From an uncultured Phycisphaerales bacterium (GTDB lineage: Bacteria > Planctomycetota > Phycisphaerae > Tepidisphaerales > Tepidisphaeraceae): a DNA stretch of 64,000 nt. Every line of letters begins with the position of its first letter. The first letter of the stretch is position 1. A program made the position numbers and the translations under genes. The notes below the pieces were generated by a model. The model did no database searches. It was not told where the DNA came from and worked only from the letters and a program-made list of their open reading frames with translations. Of this stretch, positions 43,208 through 53,671 are shown piece after piece. The DNA is taken from contig CAWJPJ010000005.1 in NCBI GenBank assembly GCA_963844715.1, forward strand, positions 288,001 through 352,000. The letters run 5' to 3'.

Positions 43208-43981
43208 ATGGCTGAATTGCTCGAAGCCAAGGATGTGAGCTTTGCATATGGGGAGACGCACGCGCTGCGCGGCGTCGGGTTGAAATTGGCAGCCGGCCAA
43301 ATCGCGGCGCTAATCGGGCCTAACGGCAGCGGGAAGAGCACGTTCCTCTTGTCCCTGCTCGGCCATTTGCCTGCCACGGGGTCGATTGAATGGGATGGAA
43401 TTTCAGTGCGGCGCCAGCGCCCGAAGGATCTCGCGCGGATCGTGGCCTATCTGCCTCAGTCGCCGGGCTATGAGCCGGGGCAGACCGTCGCGGACGTGTT
43501 GCGCATGGGCCGGACGGCCTATTGGGGGCCATTTGGCGTCGAGACGCCGGAAGATGAAAAGGCGGTTGCCGACGTCGCGGCGATGCTGGAATTGCAGGAC
43601 CTCATGGATCGGCCGTTGGATCGAATGTCAGGCGGGCAGAGGCAGCGGGCCATGATCGGGAGGTGCCTGACCCAGCAACCGAAGGCGCTTTTGCTGGATG
43701 AGCCCAATACTTATCTGGATTTGAAGCACCAAGTTGAGCTTTGCCAGTTGCTTCGAAAATTGGCCACGGAAAAGAATCTGGCGGTCCTCATGGCGTCGCA
43801 TGAACTGAACATTGCCGCGTCTTATGCCGATCAACTGATTCTGCTCAATTCGGGCACAGTCGCGGCGGCGGGGAAGGCGGATGAAGTATTGCGGCCGGAG
43901 ATTTTGTCGCCGGTATACGGGGTCGGCATTCAGCGATTCGAAGGGGCGGGAGGTCCGGTAGTCGCGCCGATGACAAACTAA
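43208..43981 (+). CDS. FecE/BtuD-family ABC ATPase
   Basis: GPNGSGKST, MSGGQRQR, LLLDEP, HELNIAASYAD. Confidence 0.93.
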   Translation: MAELLEAKDVSFAYGETHALRGVGLKLAAGQIAALIGPNGSGKSTFLLSLLGHLPATGSIEWDGISVRRQRPKDLARIVAYLPQSPGYEPGQTVADVLRMGRTAYWGPFGVETPEDEKAVADVAAMLELQDLMDRPLDRMSGGQRQRAMIGRCLTQQPKALLLDEPNTYLDLKHQVELCQLLRKLATEKNLAVLMASHELNIAASYADQLILLNSGTVAAAGKADEVLRPEILSPVYGVGIQRFEGAGGPVVAPMTN

Positions 43982-44775
43982 AAAATATGGAAAATAGTGT
44001 GTGCGGCAATCAGGAGCCCGATGCCCCCCAGGACAAGCCCGGCGATTCCCATGCCCCTGCCGCTGGTATTTCCCTGGCTGTTTGAGATCTGTGCGAGCCC
44101 GATGATCCCGAAAATGACCGCCAGGAGCGAAGGAACGAACACACAGATGGGAAGTCCGATGATTCCCAGGACCAGTGACGCGACACAGAAGCCATTAGCC
44201 GCGCCGGAGGCGTCTATCGTGGTCCCTTCCATGGTGAATGGCATCCCGCAGCTTCGGCAATTGTTCGAGGAGATAGGGCTGGAAGCGGAGCAGCGCGGGC
44301 AGACGATCCATTGCTTGCCGTCGTGATCGCGATTGATTTTGGGGGCGCGGTCGCCGGCGGCGGCGTAGGCGTGAACCGGATGCGGGTCCTGTTTGATGAT
44401 CTGGCGAGTTTTGGGATCGATGAGACGGCCGTAGCGATCGAGGATGGGGATGGTGATCTGATTCCCGCAGGTGGGGCACTGGCCTTCCTGGGCCGCCATG
44501 GCTTCGGTCGCCTCGAGGCGGCTGGAGCAGTAGCCGCAGTTGAACCCGAACCGGCGTCCCGCCTGTTTGGGGTTGATGATCGAGGCGGGCGACCCGGGGT
44601 TCGACGAGAATTGCGGCGTGGCCTGCGTGGCCCCCGCCCCGGTTCCAACAGCTACCCCCTGCGGCGCCGGCACGCGCAGCGTCGTCTTGCAGGCGGGGCA
44701 TCGAACGAGCTGCCCCACCTGATTCTGCTCCGCCGAGAGCGCGGTTCGGCAGATGTGACAGGAAAAAACGATCAT
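43978..44775 (-). CDS. Multi-zinc-ribbon protein with C-terminal DUF4190-like membrane domain
   Basis: Six CxxC motifs; ASLVLGIIGL...GRGMGIAGLVLG. Confidence 0.82.
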   Translation of the reverse strand: MIVFSCHICRTALSAEQNQVGQLVRCPACKTTLRVPAPQGVAVGTGAGATQATPQFSSNPGSPASIINPKQAGRRFGFNCGYCSSRLEATEAMAAQEGQCPTCGNQITIPILDRYGRLIDPKTRQIIKQDPHPVHAYAAAGDRAPKINRDHDGKQWIVCPRCSASSPISSNNCRSCGMPFTMEGTTIDASGAANGFCVASLVLGIIGLPICVFVPSLLAVIFGIIGLAQISNSQGNTSGRGMGIAGLVLGGIGLLIAAHTIFHIF

Positions 44776-44859
44776 GCCGATCCTCGAAGCAAATCGTAAT
44801 GGGGTGACGGGGTTTTGTCATTTGCGACGGTTGTCGGTCGGATATACTGGCTGGGTCGG

Positions 44860-44913
44860 AATGACGAAATTCGAATGATGAATGTGCGCCAGCATCCGCC
44901 GTGGCGGGACGAA
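44860..44913 (+). repeat. Single-arm copy of the 36553 inverted-repeat element
   Basis: 3 mismatches in 53 nt to the reverse complement of the right arm (36659..36711). Confidence 0.88.
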
Positions 44914-44924
44914 TCAATGATCCA

Positions 44925-45670
44925 ATGACCCAAGCATCTTCTCCGAAAAATCGTACCGCTTTGGTTACCGGGGCGGCCCGGCGCGTAGGTCGGGCAATAG
45001 CACTGCGGCTTGCTGACGACGGGTTTGATATTGCCTTCACGTATCTTCGCAGCGGCGCGGATGCGGATAGCTTAATCGCGGAAGTGAAAGCCAAGGGGCG
45101 GCGCTGTCTGGGGATCTCGGCGGATTTGTTTGATCCAGAAGCGGCGGCCAAGACAATCGGCGAAAAATTCCTGGCATTTTCAGATCGAATGGATGCACTG
45201 GTCAACAACGCCTCGGTGTACGAACCCAGCGCGCTCGGGGAGACCAATTTGCCGCAGATTCGGCGGTTTTTTGCGATTCACCTGGAGTCGCCGCTCTTGC
45301 TCTGCAAGACGTTCGCGGCAACGCTTCGAGCCAGCCGGGGGCATGTGGTGAATATGCTGGACGATCTGGTGCAGCGGCCGTGGGATAAATATCTTTCATA
45401 TTGCACCAGCAAGGCGGCGCTTTGGAATCTAACATTGGGCCTGGCCCGCGAACTGGCGCCGGACGTGACTGTGAACGGCATCGCGCCGGGGGTCGCGGAG
45501 TGGGCGGCGGGAACGACCGACGAAGAGAAGAAGGAATATCTCGCGAATGTGCCGCTGAATCGCGGAGGACCCCGGCGGATATCGCCGAGATGGTGCGAGT
45601 TTTGTGCAGCGAGGGGTCCTACATCACCGGGCAGGTGATTCATGTGGATGGGGGGCGGTCGATCGTTTGA
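44925..45670 (+). CDS. Short-chain dehydrogenase/reductase, pteridine-reductase-like (frameshift)
   Basis: TGAARRVG, LVNNAS, YCTSK, YITGQVIHVDGG. Confidence 0.88.
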
Positions 45671-45689
45671 TGGGGACGATCAGCGATTA

Positions 45690-46787
45690 TTACTGGGGCA
45701 GACTGTTCAGATAATCGATGAGCATGCGAAGCCGGCCGTGGTCGCGGCGGTTGAAGCCGAAGACCAGCCTGGGCAGGTGGGCCAGAGCCGGCTCGTCGCG
45801 TTCGACTGGCAGGGGGCCGGTGACGCGGAATCCGCCGGCGCTGCCATCGAGATCGGCAAATTTCTTTTCAATGTCGGCCAATTGTGCCGGAGTGGGGGCA
45901 CGCTGCAGGCGCAGGGCGACCAGATCGCGCGAATATCGGATGCTGTGATAGTTGCTGTAAAACCGCGTGATCTCATCGATGGCGGCGGAAACGTTATCAA
46001 CGATCTTGTAAAGATTCAGATCGTTGGGGTGGATGAGTTCGCGTTTGAGCAACTGGTTTTGGACATAGGCTTGCCATTGTTTCCAGTAATCCCCGCCGGG
46101 GCTATCGACCAGGACGATCGGCATGGGGACGGATTTCCCCGTTTGGACGAGGGTGAGAACTTCGAATCCTTCGTCCATGGTTCCGAATCCGCCGGGGAAG
46201 AGGGCGATCGCGTTGCTGGAGCGCACGAAGACGAGCTTGCGCGTGAAGAAGTATTTGAAGTTGATGAGCTTTTTATCGTTGGCGATGAAGGTGTTGGTCT
46301 TTTGCTCGAAGGGGAGCCGGATCGCCAGGCCGAACGAAGGCTCCGCGCCGGCCCCGCCATGCCCGGCCGCCATGATTCCGCCCCCCGCGCCGGTGATAAC
46401 CATCCAGCCCGCAGCGGCCATTTTTTTTGCGAACTCGGCCGCTTGCTTGTAATCGACCTGGTCTTCATGGGTTCGGGCGCTGCCGAAGATGCTGACCTTT
46501 CGGATGTCGCGATAGGGGGCGAAGACCTTGAGGGCGTAGCGGAGTTCCTTGAAGGATTTATTGATAAGCTTGATGTCGCCGCGGTTGGTGTGGTCGCGGA
46601 GGAGCTTGAGGGCGTTGGCGATGATTTCGCCGACCAGATCGCCGTGGGGAACAGTTTTAAGCTGGTCGATAAGTTGATCGGCCAGTTCGTGGGCGCCGGC
46701 GAGATCGGCCCGGCTGATGGTGTGCGGCTCCTCCGTCGTCTCCTGGGATTGCTCGATGTCTTCCGTGCCGTCAGATCGCTCCATCAT
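45690..46787 (-). CDS. LOG-family (TIGR00730-like) nucleotide phosphoribohydrolase
   Basis: VSIFGSART, TGAGGGIM, YFFTRK, FPGGFGTMDE. Confidence 0.92.
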   Translation of the reverse strand: MMERSDGTEDIEQSQETTEEPHTISRADLAGAHELADQLIDQLKTVPHGDLVGEIIANALKLLRDHTNRGDIKLINKSFKELRYALKVFAPYRDIRKVSIFGSARTHEDQVDYKQAAEFAKKMAAAGWMVITGAGGGIMAAGHGGAGAEPSFGLAIRLPFEQKTNTFIANDKKLINFKYFFTRKLVFVRSSNAIALFPGGFGTMDEGFEVLTLVQTGKSVPMPIVLVDSPGGDYWKQWQAYVQNQLLKRELIHPNDLNLYKIVDNVSAAIDEITRFYSNYHSIRYSRDLVALRLQRAPTPAQLADIEKKFADLDGSAGGFRVTGPLPVERDEPALAHLPRLVFGFNRRDHGRLRMLIDYLNSLPQ

Positions 46788-46904
46788 TCCTCCGTACTTC
46801 CTCCAGTGGGGCGGGACATTATGCAGACATTCGGCAAAATGTGAAACCCGCCGGCACCACTCCGTCGTATCATATGCGTGGCGGTCGCTGTTGCGGGAGG
46901 AAGC

Positions 46905-48309
46905 ATGATGCGGGCTCTTTTCACTATCGGCGGTTTGGGATTGTTCCTGTTCGGAAATGTGGCGGCGGATTTGCCGAGGTATTCCCTGCCGGTGGGGCGG
47001 CGTTTGACCTATTCGAGTGATTACAACTTTCGATACACGAACGGGTCATTCAACGACCTGGATTCGGTACAAATAACGGTGATTGGCGCGAATGCGGACG
47101 GGTCGGAGCGAGCGTTGGTCCGCGAGGGCGATCGGGATGTGCAAAATCGCGATGGCCGGCCGACAACTCGGCCGGAAAACCAGCGAGAAGATGTCACGAT
47201 ATCGTTCGTCGATCTATTTTCCGATGGGCGCGTGGTCAAGGTGGTTGGAAATGATTTCGGGAATGCGCCGGAGGTGTTATGTCCGCTGCCAAAGAATGAG
47301 GAGGAGATGAGCGGATCGTGGCAGCAGGATTCGGAGTATCTGGATTCGACGATCTACAAATCCGCGGGACCGCCCGCGAATGGGGAAATGGGTTTTTGCG
47401 TCTTCACAGGACGGGATCGACAAACGGATCTATGGGATCGTGGAGGACAACGCGTTTCATTTCGACATCGCCAAAGGAATCATCACGTTGATCGAAAACA
47501 AAGCCGCCCAGGATTACGGCTTTCACGGCGCGGGCGGCGGGTCGACTCATCTGGTTTCGGACGAAATGATTTCGCCTGAAAAAGTCGCCGCGCTGGCAAA
47601 GGACGCGGCAACTTATTTCGAGGCGAGCGACGACTGGAAAAATGAGGTCAAGAAGGTGAGCAAACTGCCGCGCGATGCGGGAATTGTGACGGCGGCGAAA
47701 GGGATGATCGAGAGCGCAGCCGCCGGGATCACGGACCCCGACCTTAAGACCCAGTTAAAGAGCCAGATTTCGCTGGCGGACGAGTTTGCCAACGAGAATG
47801 CAGATGATGGCAAGACGCAGACAACGATGGTGGACAAGCCCGTGCCGGACATTTCCGCCAAAGACCTGGCCGGGCAAGCGCATCGCCTGAGCGACTATCG
47901 CGGAGAGGTCGTGGTGCTGGATTTCTGGTATCGCGGTTGCGGCTGGTGCATGCGGGCGATGCCGGAAATGAAAAAGTTGTCCGAGGACATGACCGATCAG
48001 CCAGTGGTTTTCCTCGGGATGAATACGGATTCCGACCCGAAGGATGCGCAGTTTGTGGCGGGCGCGTTCGGGATCACCTATCCGATCCTAAGCCTGAGCC
48101 GCGACGAGCAGGATAAATTCGGCATCTACGCATTCCCGACGATCATGATTTTGGACCGGGCGGGGATTGTGCGGTATCTGGACTCCGGCTATTCACCCAC
48201 GATGCGGGTGGATTTGGGGAAGAAGATCAACGAGATTCTCGGACAGGATCGGAAATATAAGAAATCCGCCGGAAAACCGGTGGAGGGGTATAACAATGCC
48301 GCGAGTTGA
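46905..48309 (+). CDS. Exported protein with C-terminal TlpA-like thioredoxin domain (frameshift)
   Basis: Signal peptide; LSDYRGEVVVLDFWYRGCGWC, AFPTIMILDRAG. Confidence 0.85.
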
Positions 48310-48397
48310 CATTGCCGGCTGAGGGCGCGAAAATCGGAAAACCGGAGTGTGGGGCGAAAAAGGCGTGCTTTTCGGCGGATTCCAGGAGTAGTTCCCA

Positions 48398-50110
48398 ATG
48401 TTCACCAGGCCGTCGGTGCGAAAGAGTTTTGGCTGGACGACGTTGTGCGCGCTGGCGCTGGCGTTTGCGGGATGCGATACGCACCAGCGGATCGCCGATA
48501 ACGCGGCCTGGGAGCAAATGAAGAAGGTGGATACGCAATGGGCGGGAGCGGCAGGGGAGGACGAACTCAAAGGCGTTGCCGATCAATACGACTCTCTGGC
48601 CGGCAGCGTCTCAACCCTTTCGCCGCGAATGCAGGTGCTCATCAAGGGAAACGAAGCGGAAGTTCACTTTGAGCTGGCAACGCTGCAGCTTGCCGATCTG
48701 CGGACGAAGGAACTCGGCATCACGCGGACGATCGACGAGATTGAAAATCTGGCCGTGCAAGTCGCCGCGTCGCAAACGACCATGGCGAGCCTACAGGCGT
48801 ACGATCCGTCGAAGCAGATCGACGACATCCATGCCAAGGAAGCCACGATCCAAGGGTCCGTCGGGGACGGGACGACTGGAACGAGTTCTTCCCTGGCGAG
48901 CCTGGGAGCCCAGATCGACAAATTGAACGACCAGATCAACCAGGGCAACGCCCAGAAGCAGTCGCTGGACAAATCGCGTGTGCAGGCCCTCCAGCAGGCC
49001 GATGACTTGACGCGCAAGTCCGAGGGAGAAACCGGCGACGATCAATTGAAGGATGTCATCGCGGCGTCGAACGTTCGGCGCGGGGCGGGGGATACGGATG
49101 CGCAGATCGACGGGGTATCCGCGCAAATTGCCCGCTGGCAAACCGATCTGGATGCGCTGACGGCGCAAAAGTCAGCCTTGGACGCGGCGGTTGCCTCGCT
49201 GGAATCGCAAGTCCAGGCATTGCAGACGGGATGGTCGTCCATTCAGCAGCAAATGGATGCGCAAAAAACGCTCCAGCAGCAGATCATTGGCGCGGACTCG
49301 AGCGCCTCTGATTCGGATAGCGGCGCGGTGACGATCGCGCTTCTGGCGAGCCGGCTGAGCACAATGCTAAGCGACGCCGGAACGTTGCGGGACAGTTTGA
49401 ATACTCAACTCCAGCAGGCGATCGATCAGTACACGGACGCGTCGAGCGCCGCGGAAGAGCTGCGCGGGCAATTGTTACCCAAGGTGAGCGGCATGACCCC
49501 CTCGCCCGATGCCCCGATCTATCAAGAGACCATGAACACCCTGAATCCGGGGTATTACAATTTGCAAAAAGCGGCGGCGATGCAGGACCAGGCGGGTGTG
49601 GCAGCCTCGAACGCCGTGATTCAGAACATGCTGGGGCAGATGTTCGACGGATATCAGGTGGCCAGTGGGTCGGGGACGGCAATGGTGCCGGGCCTCAAGA
49701 CATTGCTCGATCGAGACAAGACGGGCATGGACATTCCGCAGTCGGTCGCGGGTTTGCCGCATCCCGATCCGGATTCGGTCAAGCAACTTAAGCAGGACTC
49801 CGACGACAAATTCAAGGCTGCCCTGGACGCGTACAACGATCGTCCCGGCACCGATACCGGGCAAATCGCGACCGATCAGACTAACCTCGCGTTGCTGGGT
49901 CGGGTCGCGACGAACCGGAAATGGGCCCAGTACGCGACGCTCCTTGGCGATTCGGACGGCGCGAGCCAGCATCTGCGCGACGCCGATTCGGATGACAGCC
50001 AAATTGATCCGGCCTTCCGCACCGCGGGGCAGCCGGCTCCCAAGGCGCCCGCCGCGAATGGCAACTCGCCGGGGGCAGCCGGGGCATCTCAATCGGATCA
50101 GTCGCAGTAG
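48398..50110 (+). CDS. Coiled-coil lipoprotein of unknown function
   Basis: FAG-C lipobox; long heptad regions; AGGAG SD; intact 570-aa ORF. Confidence 0.8.
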   Translation: MFTRPSVRKSFGWTTLCALALAFAGCDTHQRIADNAAWEQMKKVDTQWAGAAGEDELKGVADQYDSLAGSVSTLSPRMQVLIKGNEAEVHFELATLQLADLRTKELGITRTIDEIENLAVQVAASQTTMASLQAYDPSKQIDDIHAKEATIQGSVGDGTTGTSSSLASLGAQIDKLNDQINQGNAQKQSLDKSRVQALQQADDLTRKSEGETGDDQLKDVIAASNVRRGAGDTDAQIDGVSAQIARWQTDLDALTAQKSALDAAVASLESQVQALQTGWSSIQQQMDAQKTLQQQIIGADSSASDSDSGAVTIALLASRLSTMLSDAGTLRDSLNTQLQQAIDQYTDASSAAEELRGQLLPKVSGMTPSPDAPIYQETMNTLNPGYYNLQKAAAMQDQAGVAASNAVIQNMLGQMFDGYQVASGSGTAMVPGLKTLLDRDKTGMDIPQSVAGLPHPDPDSVKQLKQDSDDKFKAALDAYNDRPGTDTGQIATDQTNLALLGRVATNRKWAQYATLLGDSDGASQHLRDADSDDSQIDPAFRTAGQPAPKAPAANGNSPGAAGASQSDQSQ

Positions 50111-50134
50111 GGTGGCGCGGGAGAAGCTTTCCAA

Positions 50135-50163
50135 TTGACAATTCTGATTGGGTCTGATGTCAT
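50135..50163 (+). promoter_or_regulatory. Candidate sigma70 promoter for the riboswitch leader
   Basis: TTGACA-17 nt-TGTCAT, placing a start near 50170 at the aptamer 5' end. Confidence 0.5.
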
Positions 50164-50169
50164 GGCTCG

Positions 50170-50337
50170 CGCAGGCGTCAGGGAAGGCGGTGAAAACCCG
50201 CCGCGGACGCGCCGCTGTAAGTGACCGAATCGCGGGCGGTTTGTATTGCCCGACCGGCATTGAAAACGTCACTGGTCGCCAAGGATCTAGACCGGGAAGA
50301 CGCGTGCCGGATGTCACGAGCCAGAAGACCTGCCTGT
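50170..50337 (+). ncRNA. Cobalamin riboswitch
   Basis: AGGGAA-ggcGGTGaAAaCCcgcc...GCCgCTGTAA...CACTG...GGGAAG...GAGCCAGAAGACCTGCC (B12 box); P1 gcaggc/gcctgt. Confidence 0.92.
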
Positions 50338-50474
50338 CATGCGGGACGAGTTGATGCTCGTCTCGGAGCCATGTCCGAAAAGCTGCGCGAATCAGCGCTC
50401 GGAAACGCCGCTTTAACAAATTGGTCGGTGGATTCTTTTTTGCGCCATTTTTGGCGTGGAGGGAATGCATTCCA

Positions 50475-51278
50475 ATGACCAGGGCGCTGCTCCCAACCCG
50501 CGAGGAAGGGGATTCGGAACGCGGCGCAAGGCCGGCGTTTACGCTCGTTGAACTGCTGGTGGTAATAGGGGTGATCGCGATTTTGCTCGCGATCTTAATG
50601 CCCTCGATTTCCAAGAGCCGGCAGCAGGCGCAGACGCTTCAGTGCTTGAGCAACCTCCGGCAGCTCGCGATCGCGGCGTTTTCCTACGCGAACGTGAACG
50701 GAGGGACGTTCCCGATCGCTTACTATTCGTCGTATCAGTGGCCGGTATCGACCAATTATAGTTGGGATTTCACGACCCAAACGAACCTGATGACGAACGT
50801 CCAGACGGTTACGGCGGGCATTTTATGGATGGGAAACACGAATCTGGAGATTCAGCAGTGTCCCACTTATGACGGTAAATCCGGGACGCCGACCGATCCG
50901 TATACAGGATATAATTACAATACGAGCTACATCGGGCACGGCAGCCATGAGACGATCCCCGGCCCCATCAAGCTCAGCCAGGTGCATCGGCCGCAGCGCT
51001 GTGCGCTGTTCGGGGATGGGCAGTTTTCCGCCGGAGCCGACAAATACATGCGGGCTCCGGCGCCGAATCCAGGGGACGCCGGTTTTGTCGGGAGATATGC
51101 GGGAACGCAGGGCTTCCGACACGGTGGGAAGACCAACGTCGCGTTTTGCGACGGCCACGCCGAGACGCTTTCCCAGCGCTTTACGAACATTTCCCCTGCA
51201 TCGGAGATGCCGATGATCGCGCCGCAGACAGGGTTTTTGTCGGCGGATAATTCGATGTACGACCCGGTGGGGTATTAG
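50475..51278 (+). CDS. Prepilin-type N-terminal cleavage/methylation protein with H-X9-DG motif (DUF1559-like)
   Basis: AFTLVELLVVIGVIAILLAILMP, CLSNLRQ, RHGGKTNVAFCDGH. Confidence 0.92.
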   Translation: MTRALLPTREEGDSERGARPAFTLVELLVVIGVIAILLAILMPSISKSRQQAQTLQCLSNLRQLAIAAFSYANVNGGTFPIAYYSSYQWPVSTNYSWDFTTQTNLMTNVQTVTAGILWMGNTNLEIQQCPTYDGKSGTPTDPYTGYNYNTSYIGHGSHETIPGPIKLSQVHRPQRCALFGDGQFSAGADKYMRAPAPNPGDAGFVGRYAGTQGFRHGGKTNVAFCDGHAETLSQRFTNISPASEMPMIAPQTGFLSADNSMYDPVGY

Positions 51279-51412
51279 GTTTCTCAAGCCGTCCCGGAAT
51301 TCGCTTCGGCGCATTTCCGCTATCGGTTTTGAGTTGCTAGAATTCATGGCGGTCCGACGGTGGTAGTCGGATAAAAGGGCAAAAGAGGAAAGTCGCACAA
51401 CCGGGTGAATCC

Positions 51413-52344
51413 GTGCCGAAACAAGCGGTCGAAGCGCTGGAACGAAACATCCGCTCGGTTTATCTCGGACATTTAAAGTCGGTTGAGTTGTTGCTCACGG
51501 GATTGCTGGCCCGCGGGCACGTTCTGATCGAGGACGTTCCCGGCGTGGGCAAGACGGTGTTGGCGCGGGCCCTGGCGCGGAGTGTGGATTGCAAATTCAG
51601 CCGGATTCAATTGACCCCGGATTTGCTGCCCAGCGACGTGCTGGGGGTGTCGGTTTATAATCCGCAGTCTCAAACCTTTGATTTCAAGCCGGGTCCGATT
51701 TTCGCGAATATTGTGCTGGCGGACGAAATCAACCGGACGACGCCGCGCACCCAGTCGGCGCTGCTGGAAGCGATGAGCGAGGAGCAGGTCAGCGTGGAGA
51801 ATCGCACCTATCCGCTGGGCCGGCCCTTCATGCTGATCGCGACGCAGAATCCCTTTGAATTCGAGGGCACCTATTATCTCCCGGAGAATCAGTTGGATCG
51901 ATTTTTGCTCCGCGTTTCGCTGGGCTATCCGGATCGGCAGGGGGAGCAGAAGATTCTGACGACGCAGCCAAGCCGAAACGCGCTGGAGACGCTAAAGCCG
52001 GTGATGAACGGCGCGGAAATCGCGGCGTTGCAGGATGAAGTGGCCACGACCAAGGTCGATCCGGCGATCCTGGAATATATCCTGGACCTTGCCGAGGCGA
52101 CACGCCACGACGAGCAGTTGCACCTGGGCGTTTCGCCGCGCGGGCGCTGGCCTTGTCGCAGGCGAGCCAGGCGATGGCGGTCGTGCAGGGGCGCGATTAC
52201 GTGACTCCGGATGATGTGAAGTCGCTGTTCATACCGTGTTGCGCCCATCGCGTGATCAGCAAGACGTACCTGCATAATGGAGAAGGAGCGGCGACGACCC
52301 GCGTGTTGCAGGCGATCCTCGACCGGACCGCCGCGCCGCGCTAA
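51413..52344 (+). CDS. MoxR-family AAA+ ATPase (frameshift)
   Basis: EDVPGVGKT, TPDLLPSD, LADEINR, ATQNP, GVSPRG. Confidence 0.93.
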
Positions 52345-52359
52345 AGCTTTTGGTGTTTC

Positions 52360-53666
52360 ATGCCTGCCGCGGCTCAAACAAATCTCGAATCGACTTCGAC
52401 GGGATTCTGGAATCGTCTGCTGGGGCGGCAAACCCCGCCGCGCCGGCCCCGCGTCCCGGACATCGCGCGTATTGCAGAAGCCGGCGGTCGATTTTTCCCT
52501 GACCGGGCTGATCTACTGCGGGATGATGATGTTCCTGGGCCTGGCGGCGGTGAACACCCAGGCGAATCTTTTGTTCGTGGTCTTTGGGTTGATGATCGGG
52601 GTGATGCTGATCAGCGTCGCGGTCTGCCGCTTGGTGCTGGTCGGCATGCGCGTGACGCGGATTTTCCCCGAACACGCCGCCGTGGGGGAAACGGCGGCGG
52701 TGCAATATGAATTCCATAACACGAAGCGATTTTGGCCCAGCCTGTCGGTGACGTTGGCCGAACTGGAGGGCGTGCAGGCCTTTTCGCGGCAGCCGCACGC
52801 CTATGTGTTGCATGTTCCGCCGGGGACGAAGGGGGTTGTGAACGTCGATGTGATTCCCCGCCGCCGCGGGCTCTACCGGATGGGGCGGTATCAATTGAGC
52901 ACGAGCTTTCCGTTTGGGTTCATCAAGCGGGCGATTTTGCGGCGGAAAGACGACACAATCCTGATCTATCCCTCAGTTGGGGATGTAAGTCCCCGGCTGC
53001 TGGACTTGTGCCGGGCGGCGGAGCGAACGGGCGCCAACCGCAAGCCTCGCGCCGGCGGGAGCGACGAGTTCTACGGCGTGAAGGAATATCGGGCCGGGGA
53101 AAATCCGCGCTGGATTCACTGGCGGCGCAGTGCCCGAACCGGGCAACTGGTGGCGCGGCATATGGCGGCAGATTTCACCGCCGCGGCTGGTGATTTTGCT
53201 GGACACGTATCTTCCCCATCGAACCCCGGAGGGCGTCGCCGCGGTGGAAAAGTCGATCGCCCAGGCGGCGTCGCTGGCATGCCGGGCGCTGGAAAGCGGC
53301 ATGGCCGTGGGCCTGTGCGTCTGGGCCGAAGGATGGGTGGTTTTCCGGCCAGAGCGCGGAAAGCAATACACGCGGCAAATCCTCGCGGCGATGGCGTCCG
53401 TCCCGGAAAACCAATCCGGCACGCCGCAGCAGTTGCTGGATCAGAGCATGGGCCTGGCCACGGGAGAGGCGACGCAGGTGCTGTTTACGCCCCTGAATCT
53501 CGAAGTCGGTTTGGAGCAGCGCGTCCGCGGAGCGCTGGTGGTCATCGCGGCGGAATCGCCGGAAGCGGCTTCGTATTTTAAATTTCCCAAGACGGTCGAT
53601 TTTTCGAATTGCGGTCCGGAAGGAAATTTGTCGTCGGCGGTCACGACGGCGCCGACTGGAAACTGA
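52360..53666 (+). CDS. DUF58-domain protein (frameshifts)
   Basis: AAVNTQANLL, TSFPFG, EYRAGENPRWIHWRRSAR. Confidence 0.88.
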
Positions 53667-53671
53667 AGGCG

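Noticed and set aside
45642..46844. 400-aa plus-strand ORF and similar long antisense ORFs (21645..22508, 49475..50614, 44195..45247)
   Set aside because: Shadow frames of well-supported genes in GC-rich DNA with no recognisable motifs
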